NCBI GenBank assembly: GCA_963668675.2
Contig: CAXXMB010000001.1
Coordinates: forward strand, 1,575,694-1,639,693
Source of the DNA: an uncultured Desulfatitalea sp.
Lineage (GTDB): Bacteria; Desulfobacterota; Desulfobacteria; Desulfobacterales; Desulfosarcinaceae
Length of the DNA: 64,000 bases
Direction of reading: 5' to 3'
Shown here: positions 56,849 to 64,000 of the stretch, piece by piece
Layout of the letters: each line of letters begins with the position of its first letter
Position numbering within the stretch: the first letter of the stretch is position 1
Made by a program: the position numbers and the translations under genes
The notes under the pieces: generated by a model
What the model saw: only the letters and a program-made list of their open reading frames with translations
Told to the model about the DNA's origin: nothing
Database searches by the model: none

Positions 56849-57385
56849 ATTTTTTTGATCGTTAGCGGCAGGCTGATACCGCTCCTGAATTCGCTTGGTG
56901 GCCTCTGCCAGTGGCTCCAGCCCCATATCCTGGCGCAGAACATCTACTTTGTTAGGCTCTGCGATTGGCAACGGAAATGCAGTCCCGTTCTCATCGAAGT
57001 CATGCTGCGTACCGTAGATTTGCGGCCTATCCGCCATGGTTAGCACCCGGTCTTGCAGATACGCCAAGCACCAGCCTTCCGCTTCATTATTCTTTACTGC
57101 TTCTTTCAGCAACGGCAAAGCTCTTTCCATAAACTCAGTGTCCAAAACCGCGTGTTGAGCAATTAGCCATGCAGCCTTGGCGCCATCCTTCCCGACCAAG
57201 CTGATACCCGGCCAGCCGTATTGGCCCACGATCTCCTTGATCCGGACGTTGTTTCGCTCATTCACGGCACGCATTCGCGGATGGTATTCCTGTTCCTGCA
57301 ACTCGCCCGCGTCAATGAGCTCCCGCAGGGTCTGCTGATCTTCTTCCTGCATGGAAAGTAGTTCTTGACGCAACTGATGGTTCAT
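56843..57385 (-). CDS. DUF6624-like hypothetical protein (cassette)
   Basis: DQ, YGWPG.SLVG, AAWLIAQHA, AYL.DR and PQ.YGTQ. Confidence 0.8.
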   Translation of the reverse strand: MNHQLRQELLSMQEEDQQTLRELIDAGELQEQEYHPRMRAVNERNNVRIKEIVGQYGWPGISLVGKDGAKAAWLIAQHAVLDTEFMERALPLLKEAVKNNEAEGWCLAYLQDRVLTMADRPQIYGTQHDFDENGTAFPLPIAEPNKVDVLRQDMGLEPLAEATKRIQERYQPAANDQKNG

Positions 57386-57401
57386 CTCCGTGAGTTCCCT
57401 T

Positions 57402-57534
57402 GGCTAAAGACACGCCTCACCTGCCGGAAGGAGAGTGCAGGGGGTGCAAATGGTAAAGTATTTGTTAAGCGCCTAACTCTGAAAAAGCTGGGGTGGCCCG
57501 CCCCTTCCGGTCAGAGTGAAGGCGAAGGTTCTGT
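57402..57534 (-). other. attC with mutated crossover G (TTTAGCC)
   Basis: ACAGAAC..CGCCTTCAC..CCGGAAGG...CCTTCCGG..GTGAGGCG..TTTAGCC. Confidence 0.75.
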
Positions 57535-57756
57535 GCTCTGTGGACTCCAGTTAAAAGAAAGCTTACGATTCGATTGCACGCAGTCCCGCAAATAAAGATT
57601 TATTAAGTTTTGATATGGAACTCCGGTTTCCTCAGCCAAGTTTTTAAAATAATCTATAATATCGACACCCATTCTGATGGTTACCTGTTTCTTGAGGTGT
57701 TTGGCATAAGGATTTTTACGCCCTTTCATTTTATCAAAATTATATTCTTTTCTCAT
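57511..57756 (-). CDS. brnA: BrnA-family antitoxin
   Basis: MRKEYNF..KNPYA..LKKQVTIR..YFK..PYQNLINLYLRDC. Confidence 0.9.
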   Translation of the reverse strand: MRKEYNFDKMKGRKNPYAKHLKKQVTIRMGVDIIDYFKNLAEETGVPYQNLINLYLRDCVQSNRKLSFNWSPQSTEPSPSL

Positions 57757-58046
57757 TATGACCTCCTGAAATAGACCTTTTGTTCTTTCTTGGTCGCTTT
57801 TCTTGCTGAAATTATACGAATTATAGATTCATCTTCACGATAGCAATGGCAAACCACCAAAACCTTGAGGCTTTGACTTAAGCCCAACAGGATGAATCTT
57901 TCCTCATTAGTCGAATGGTCAGGATCATCAAATTCAATGGCATTTTCATCAAAGAACACTGTTTGTGCATCTTCAAACGAAACATCATGCTTGCGCAAAT
58001 TCGTTGTATTTTTTCGAGTATCCCATTCGAAAATCAATTTTTCCAT
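57756..58046 (-). CDS. brnT: BrnT-family toxin
   Basis: FEWD..K...N.RKH.VSF, DPDHS..EERF and IRIISARKAT. Confidence 0.93.
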   Translation of the reverse strand: MEKLIFEWDTRKNTTNLRKHDVSFEDAQTVFFDENAIEFDDPDHSTNEERFILLGLSQSLKVLVVCHCYREDESIIRIISARKATKKEQKVYFRRS

Positions 58047-58105
58047 ATTTACACTGTAAATATATGATAATTATATGTCAAGATGTATGATTTCGGTTTA
58101 TTTAC

Positions 58106-58163
58106 ACAGAACGGCGCCACTCTGCGGCGAGGGAACCGAGCCCGCAGCAGTGGCTGGTTAACT
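58106..58163 (-). other. attC
   Basis: AGTTAAC..GCCACTGCTGCGG...CCGCAGAGTGGC..GTTCTGT. Confidence 0.88.
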
Positions 58164-58793
58164 AAAATTTATGCTTTTTAGGCTTCTTATCAAAACGTCT
58201 ATCTGTTTAGCTCCCTCGGGAGTTAATAGCCAACCTAAAATGCCACAATTTATTATAACCGTGAACCAATAGACAACTATGAAAGATAATTTCTTTGACT
58301 TGTGCCGTAGCTGACTCTGAGCAATAGCCGCTCCAGGCCAACCACCAGCTAATGAAAAAAGGTGCAGTGTACTCTCAGCAGTTCTCCATTTCCCTTTTTG
58401 AGCGGCCGATTTGTCTCTTGCATATAAACCAAATGTCAATATGCTTACCGCAATATAGAGAACCAATATAATTGCAGGTAGTCTATTGACCAGAACCAAC
58501 ACGATAACGATGCAAATGAATGCGCTGCTGATGAAAGCCGACAATAGTTTTTGATTGCCTGCCGTTGTTGACTCCTTATGGCCTTTTTCAGGGTACACGT
58601 TAGTTGCACAGAGACGACCTTTAGGGTCTCGGGAAATACTGTATGTTACAGATAGCCCTTGTATTGGCCGTTTTTGTCTCTTGCTGAAATCATTGATATG
58701 AATAAATACTGATTTACCACCAGAATTTGGGGTTATAAATCCAAACCCTTTTTCGTCGTTCCATTTTGAGATTTTGCCAATTTCGAAGGCCAT
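58158..58793 (-). CDS. Cold-shock domain + DUF1294 membrane protein (cassette)
   Basis: WNDEKGFGFI, VFIHI; Y..DK..A....WR..E..LH...L.GGWPGA..RHK. Confidence 0.92.
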   Translation of the reverse strand: MAFEIGKISKWNDEKGFGFITPNSGGKSVFIHINDFSKRQKRPIQGLSVTYSISRDPKGRLCATNVYPEKGHKESTTAGNQKLLSAFISSAFICIVIVLVLVNRLPAIILVLYIAVSILTFGLYARDKSAAQKGKWRTAESTLHLFSLAGGWPGAAIAQSQLRHKSKKLSFIVVYWFTVIINCGILGWLLTPEGAKQIDVLIRSLKSINFS

Positions 58794-58806
58794 TATCTTT
58801 TCTTAT

Positions 58807-58866
58807 AGTTAACGCCGCTGCTCTCGGGCGCGTAGAATGAGCGTCCAGAGCAGCGGCTGGTTATAC
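58807..58866 (-). other. attC
   Basis: Near-identical to 56164-56223 except for the R' box (GTTAACT). Confidence 0.88.
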
Positions 58867-58922
58867 AACTGATATGCCTGAAAGAATATGCAATAAGCTG
58901 AATCTCGAATGGTTATAAATCG

Positions 58923-59255
58923 CTATCGCCCACCCGTACCCCTTCCTGAAACACCTCTACCTGCAAGAGGATTGTATAATTTTATAATTGCAAATTTCAT
59001 AACATCCAAGGTTTGCATTTCTAAAATAATATTCATCAAGGTGCTATTTCCTTCTTCAGGAAGTACGCAAGCATTGTTAGCGTCAAAGGTTAAACTCTCA
59101 AATCCCTTAATCAATTTTTTTTGGTCCTTTTTAGTCATGCCTACCTGAACTGCTTTTTTGCCATCTATTTCTTGAACCTGGTCTGCCAATCCGACAGCTT
59201 CAATTTTTTTGAGCTGTTCGTCATCCAAAAATACATTAATGTAAAAATCTGCCAT
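58923..59255 (-). CDS. Hypothetical protein (cassette, copy 2)
   Basis: One amino-acid difference (S/N at residue 70) from 56280-56612. Confidence 0.8.
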   Translation of the reverse strand: MADFYINVFLDDEQLKKIEAVGLADQVQEIDGKKAVQVGMTKKDQKKLIKGFESLTFDANNACVLPEEGNSTLMNIILEMQTLDVMKFAIIKLYNPLAGRGVSGRGTGGR

Positions 59256-59296
59256 AATAAACCTCCTTCAAAAAAATTAAATAGTATTAATTATAA

Positions 59297-59355
59297 GTAT
59301 AACGCCGCTCTTCAGCCGCAGCGTTTAGATGTCGGCTGCAAGAGCCTTGTTATTT
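59297..59355 (-). other. attC
   Basis: AAATAAC..GCTCTTGCAGCCG...CGGCTGAAGAGC..GTTATAC. Confidence 0.88.
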
Positions 59356-59434
59356 GGCTCTTGTCAGCCATATCATTTCAGCCTTGTCTCGCGCAAGGCG
59401 TCAACAACCCGCTCTGTATCAGTTTGATTTTTTG

Positions 59435-61352
59435 GTCGCGGTAGAGACCGCCCTTTCGGGCGACCCCCCGCACAGATCCCGGCGTGCGGAACTACCGCAC
59501 CGGGCTCCTATCTTGGGTATTTGGCGTAAAAGCGCACATTAGGATATGGATGCTGCACAGTGGGTACCGGGATCCATCGCTTCACGATAGGCTTGAACCG
59601 CTCCCAGTTCATACGCCGCTTCTGGCCACGGCGTCTCAGCCTCTTAAACCAATAGCGGATAATTTCTGTTCGGAACGTATTCATGGCAGTCAAATTACCG
59701 GAGACTGCGTGATAGCGGTAATATCCTCTAACCACCATCTGCAGCCATGCACCAACCTCGCCTATCCGATCATGCATGCGGGCACGTATCACCGACTTGA
59801 CTCTGGCCAAAGATGCCCTCAGCCGTTTCTTCACCGTTTTGCGGCGAATATGAAACCATTTCTTCTGTCTGGTTACTGCACAGATATGTGTGAACCCCAG
59901 AAAGTCGAATGTCTCCGGCTTTCTTTTGCCCTTCTTTCTCCTGTTTTCCGAAGCAAACCGCCCAAACTCAATCAAGCGGGTCTTCTCAGGGTGAAGGGTA
60001 AGTGCAAACTTTCCCAGCCGTTGCCTCAGAGCCACGATAAACGCTTTGGCTTCATGCCGATGCTGGAACCCCATGACAAAGTCGTCGGCGTAACGTACTA
60101 TGATCACCTCACCATTGGCTTTTGTCTTTCTCCACTGGTTAACCCACAGGTCCAGGACGTAATGCAGGTAAATATTGGCAAGCAGCGGCGAGATCACCGC
60201 CCCTTGTGGCGTCCCTACTCTCGTCCTTGACCATTGCCCATCCTCTGACACTCCGGCCCGTAGCCATTTGCACACAAGACGTCGTATCCGAGGATCAGCG
60301 ATGCGGTGCTCGACAAATCGTTGCATCCATTCGTGGCTGATGGCGTCGAAAAAGCCCTTGATGTCTGCATCAAGCACCCAGTTCACTTTCTTGCGGGTCA
60401 GACCAACGAACAGGGCATCCAGCGCATCGTGCTGGCTGCGCCCTGGCCTGAACCCATAAGAGAACCCCAGAAAATCCTCTTCATAGACAGCAGAAAGCAC
60501 CTTCCCCACCGCGTGCTGGACAATCTTATCCTCCAGGGCTGCGATTCCAAGCGGTCTTTTGCGACCGTCCGGCTTGGGGATGTACACCCGCCGCGAGGGC
60601 AGTGCACGATAGGTCCCGCTTTGCACTCTCTTGTGCAGGTCTGCCAACCTTTGATCCAGATTCTCTTTGTACTCTGACCATGAAACGCCGTCCACACCAG
60701 CTGCGGCCTGCCTCTTCAGAGTCAGGTAACTATCCTTTAGCTGGGCAACGGTAACATGATGCAAAAGTGAGGTGAACCGTGCATCCTTGTCTTTACGTGC
60801 TGCTGTTCGCACGCGTTGCAACCCGGGCGACATACTTTTCCGGCTCTGGGTCCGGAGCATGGTCGGTTGCTTCGCGTTCCCCTTGATTGCCCGCCTTTCC
60901 TCCACTGCCTCCGCAGCCAGGTTTACCCCGTCTTTGTTCGGCAGCTTCTTCGGTACTATGCAGGCATCCGACTTCCCACAGACGTTCATGACCGGCGTGA
61001 GGCTCCCAGCCTTCCCGGTCCGTCCATCCCCGCCATCTGGGGAAGGAACCTGTGGGATCTCCCGGTTCCCGTGCATGGAGTTTCCGCACGTGCTCAGGGT
61101 CTCCGACGGCGCGGGACCCGAAAACGGCTCGCGCATAACGCCATTCTCGGTGTGGCCTTCCGCTTCGGTTAACAGCGTCGGCGTCCCGGACAAAATTATT
61201 TCGCCGCTCAATGGCTGGCCCGTGCGTACCCCTGTCAACGCTTCACCTTTAACCTTGCGGTCAACGGCGCATGACTCGGGGCCGGTGTGGTGCGCTACTC
61301 CTTCACCGTAAGACTCTTTCATTCTCTACTCCATGCCGGTCTCCCGGCGCAC
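59435..61352 (-). mobile_element. Group II intron (probably bacterial class E/F, no endonuclease domain)
   Basis: 5' GTGCG; domain V GAGCCCGGTGCGGTAGTTCCGCACGCCGGGATC directly after the ORF stop; domain VI hairpin; 3' AC. Confidence 0.93.
59508..61322 (-). CDS. ltrA: Intron-encoded reverse transcriptase/maturase; real start probably at 60989 or 60860
   Basis: RFTSLLHH, IPKPDG..RPLGI, SYGFRPGR, GTPQG..ISPLLAN.YLH, RYADD, FDFLGF and X domain; the first ~110 codons overlap intron RNA domains. Confidence 0.93.
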   Translation of the reverse strand: MKESYGEGVAHHTGPESCAVDRKVKGEALTGVRTGQPLSGEIILSGTPTLLTEAEGHTENGVMREPFSGPAPSETLSTCGNSMHGNREIPQVPSPDGGDGRTGKAGSLTPVMNVCGKSDACIVPKKLPNKDGVNLAAEAVEERRAIKGNAKQPTMLRTQSRKSMSPGLQRVRTAARKDKDARFTSLLHHVTVAQLKDSYLTLKRQAAAGVDGVSWSEYKENLDQRLADLHKRVQSGTYRALPSRRVYIPKPDGRKRPLGIAALEDKIVQHAVGKVLSAVYEEDFLGFSYGFRPGRSQHDALDALFVGLTRKKVNWVLDADIKGFFDAISHEWMQRFVEHRIADPRIRRLVCKWLRAGVSEDGQWSRTRVGTPQGAVISPLLANIYLHYVLDLWVNQWRKTKANGEVIIVRYADDFVMGFQHRHEAKAFIVALRQRLGKFALTLHPEKTRLIEFGRFASENRRKKGKRKPETFDFLGFTHICAVTRQKKWFHIRRKTVKKRLRASLARVKSVIRARMHDRIGEVGAWLQMVVRGYYRYHAVSGNLTAMNTFRTEIIRYWFKRLRRRGQKRRMNWERFKPIVKRWIPVPTVQHPYPNVRFYAKYPR

Positions 61353-61434
61353 TAACCGTTCAATTAACCCCATCTTCTCAAACGATAGCCGGCATGCCAT
61401 AGTGCGCCAAAATTCATGATAAGGAGGCGCACAG

Positions 61435-61767
61435 ATGAATACCACCATTTCAAACCAAGATCGCAAACAAAAGCGGCAGTATTGGCAACACCACATTAAT
61501 GCCTGGCAACAAAGCGGTATGAAGCAGGCAGCCTATTGCCGGGAGCACGGGATCAAGCAATACCAGATGAGCTACTGGAAAAACCGTTTGTCCGAAGCTG
61601 AACAAAATGTCTCATTCGTCCCTCTGCAAGTGGCAACGAACCTTCCCGTGCCGGTCAATCGGGCAACATTGAAATTGCATACCCCCAACGGGTTTTGCAT
61701 CGATGTCCCCGGCAACTTCGATCCGCATATGCTGAGACAACTCATCGCAACGGTTACGGCGCTATGA
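61435..61767 (+). CDS. tnpA: IS66 accessory protein TnpA
   Basis: W..HI.AW..SG.....YCR.HG....M.YW, FVPL. Confidence 0.88.
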   Translation: MNTTISNQDRKQKRQYWQHHINAWQQSGMKQAAYCREHGIKQYQMSYWKNRLSEAEQNVSFVPLQVATNLPVPVNRATLKLHTPNGFCIDVPGNFDPHMLRQLIATVTAL

Positions 61768-62111
61768 TGCTGCCGCAAAACACCCAGCGCGTCTTTCTGG
61801 CCGTCGGGCACACCGATATGAGAAAGGCCATCAACGGGCTTTCGATCATGGTCGAGCAGGACATGTCGTTAAACCCCTTTTCCGGGGATCTGTTTGTATT
61901 TTGCAACCGGGCGCGCACTATTATCAAGATCCTGTACTGGGATCACAACGGTTTTTGTCTGTGGCTCAAGCGTCTTGAAAAGCATCGCTTCAAATGGCCG
62001 GCGTCAGTTGATGAGGTGGTGACCATCGGCGCCAAACAGTTGAACTGGCTTCTGGCCGGCCTTGACTTTACTAGTGCCCACGAGCATGTATACTACTCGG
62101 CGGTAGCATAA
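61764..62111 (+). CDS. tnpB: IS66 accessory protein TnpB
   Basis: TDMRKAINGL, LFVFCNR, KILYWD.NGF.LW.KRLE. Confidence 0.93.
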   Translation: MMLPQNTQRVFLAVGHTDMRKAINGLSIMVEQDMSLNPFSGDLFVFCNRARTIIKILYWDHNGFCLWLKRLEKHRFKWPASVDEVVTIGAKQLNWLLAGLDFTSAHEHVYYSAVA

Positions 62112-62175
62112 ATATTTTACTTCTTTTTAAGAAATACCCTTTAAAATAACGGCCGGTTATGCTATACACGCAGGC

Positions 62176-63764
62176 ATGAAATCGGACCTGTCCAGCCTGC
62201 CTGATGATGTTCGCTTATCCAAGCAAGACATTGCTTCTTTGATCGAAGCCATCGATCAAAAGTACCAGGAAAAGATCCATTACCTGGAAGAGCGCATCCG
62301 CTTATTGCAAAACGAGCTGTTTGGCCGAAAGAGCGAACAACGCCGCCAGGGCGATGATCGCCAGATGCCGATTTTTGGTCGACTGGACGATACACCCGAT
62401 CCAGAACCGGCAACACAGCAGATCATTGTCCCTGCCCACAGGCGGCGCAAGCGCGGTCGCAAACCGTTGCCCGAGGATCTGCCGCGCGTGGAGGTCATCC
62501 ACGATCTGCCCGAAGACCAAAAGCTGTGCGCCTGCGGGGCCAAGCTGAGCCGTATCGGACAAGAGACCTGCGAAAAACTCGACTACATACCGGCCAAGGT
62601 TCAGGTGATACGCCATGTCCGGTACCAATACGCCTGCAAAAGTTGTGAGGGCGTCGAAGATGACGGCCCCACGGTAAAAATCGCGCCGGCCCCGGTACGG
62701 CTGATCGAAAAGTCGAATGCCACCGAAGGGCTTTTGGCGCACATCGTCGTGTCCAAGTTTGCCGACGCCCTGCCGCTTTACCGTCAGCAAAAGATGTTTG
62801 CCCGTTTGGGTGTCGATCTGTCGCGTGCCACCATGGCCAATTGGCTGGTGCAGGCGGCCCGGCGGTGCAGTCCCTTGATCGAACTGATCGAGCATGAAAT
62901 CCGCGAAGGTCCCTTGATCCAGATGGACGAAACGCCGCTTCAGGTCTTAAAAGAGCCCGGCCGGAACAACACCAGCAAATCTTACATGTGGGTCTTTTGC
63001 GGTGGGCGATACGATCACCCGAGCGTGTTGTACCGGTATCATCCCACCCGCAGTGGTAAAGTGGCCTTGACGTTTTTGGATGATTACAAAGGCACGATCC
63101 AAAGCGACGATTATGACGGCTATGATTACCTGGGCAAAAAGAGCGGCATCGTTCACATGGGGTGTTGGGCGCATGCCCATCGGAAATTTACCGAGGTGAT
63201 CAAGGCCCGCAAAAAGAACCGGGCAACCGGGCCGATACCAAAACCCTGGCAGATGAGGCGTTGGAGTACATCGGCTTATTATATAAAGTTGAAAGGCTCG
63301 CTCGGGATCAGCAGATGTCACCGGAGCAGATCCATGCCCTTCGCCAGGAGAAAGCCAAGCCGATCCTGGATGCGTTTGAAAAGTGGCTGGGAAAGGCCCA
63401 ACCGTTAACACCTCCGAAGGGGCTTTTGGGCATCGCCATCAATTATGCCCTCCGCAACTGGTCCAAACTGGCTGTGTATATCGAAGATGGGCATTATAAA
63501 CCTGACAACAACGCTGCCGAAAATGCCATCCGCCCTTTCGTTGTGGGAAGGAAAAATTGGCTGTTTGCCGGTGCGCCCAACGGGGCTGATGCCGCTGCTA
63601 CGTTCTTTACCCTGATTGAAACCGCCAAGGCCAATGGGCTGGAGCCGTACTCTTATCTTCGTTGTCTGTTTGAACGACTTCCGCTTGTCAAAGATCAAAG
63701 TGACTATCGGAAACTGCTGCCTCAGAATATCGATCCTGAACTGATCAGCTCATCCCGCGCATAG
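62176..63764 (+). pseudogene. tnpC: IS66 transposase TnpC with a frameshift near 63220
   Basis: ORF 62176-63408 (LFGRKSE, LPLYRQ, MDETP, CWAH..RKF) continues in another frame (DNN.AENAIRP..GRKNWLF) to 63764. Confidence 0.85.
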
Positions 63765-63792
63765 GTGCAGGTGTACTTCCTTTGACGCTTAC

Positions 63793-63878
63793 AAAAGAAG
63801 AACCCCCAGCGCTGGACGGGCGCCACGCGCAATTGGGAGCCGGTCCAACAGGTATGGCTGAACCCGAACAAATCATAG
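63793..63878 (+). pseudogene. 3' remnant of an IS3-family transposase
   Basis: KKNPQRWTGATRNWEPVQQVWLNPNKS* resembles the P.RW.G..RNW.....WLNP C-terminus of IS3-family OrfB; recognised by motif only. Confidence 0.65.
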
Positions 63879-64000
63879 CGCAAGCTAAACAAGGACTGCA
63901 TGATAAGTGAAAAAGAGCTATTTGAAAAAATAGAGATGATGCCAATCATCTCTTGTCTACCCAAGAGCCGCCATTGCTCTGGCTGTCAAGGGCGCGATAG

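Larger units (their letters stand above)
43574..59433 (-). mobile_element. Integron gene-cassette array (no intI in window)
   Basis: About 16 near-complete and 2 partial attC hairpins separating single genes or TA pairs; each intact cassette's 5' GTT box complements its own 3' AAC box. Confidence 0.92.
59434..63792 (+). mobile_element. IS66-family element; left IR split by the group II intron
   Basis: tnpA-tnpB-tnpC; right end ...TTGACGCTTAC at 63792; left end G(59434) + TAACCGTTCA(61353-). Confidence 0.88.

Noticed and set aside
59508..61322. Retron, DGR or defence reverse transcriptase
   Set aside because: Complete group II intron boundaries, domains V/VI and a maturase X domain are present.
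59435..61352. IIC-attC intron targeting the integron
   Set aside because: The insertion is ~80 bp from the nearest attC, which is intact; the RT N-terminus is not class C-like, and EBS1 matches the IS66 end.
61764..62111. RNA-guided TnpB nuclease
   Set aside because: IS66 TnpB is an unrelated ~115-aa accessory protein with no RuvC domain.
43574..64000. Integron integrase intI / attI
   Set aside because: No tyrosine-recombinase ORF found in any frame of the window.

Overview
64 kb of a GC-rich chromosome whose gene content suggests a Desulfobacterales-like sulfate reducer (inferred, not proven). The first ~42 kb is mostly core genes: mltD-like, tRNA-Arg(CCT), rarA, asmA, nth, a lexA-DUF72-imuB-dnaE2 SOS mutagenesis cassette followed by a Twinkle/T7-gp4-like primase-helicase, degP with a two-component system, two USP genes with divergent sigma54 promoters, a nuclease-DinG helicase, a GcvT-GlyA fusion, and rubrerythrin/ferredoxin. 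Three families of small palindromic or MITE-like elements are scattered through it. From ~43.4 to 59.4 kb lies a minus-strand integron cassette array: about 16 near-complete and 2 partial attC sites, three toxin-antitoxin cassettes, one duplicated cassette and several decayed ones. No intI is in the window. The array is cut off by an IS66 element. A group II intron has retrohomed between bases 1 and 2 of that element's left terminal inverted repeat, and its EBS1 matches that repeat exactly. An IS3 transposase remnant follows.
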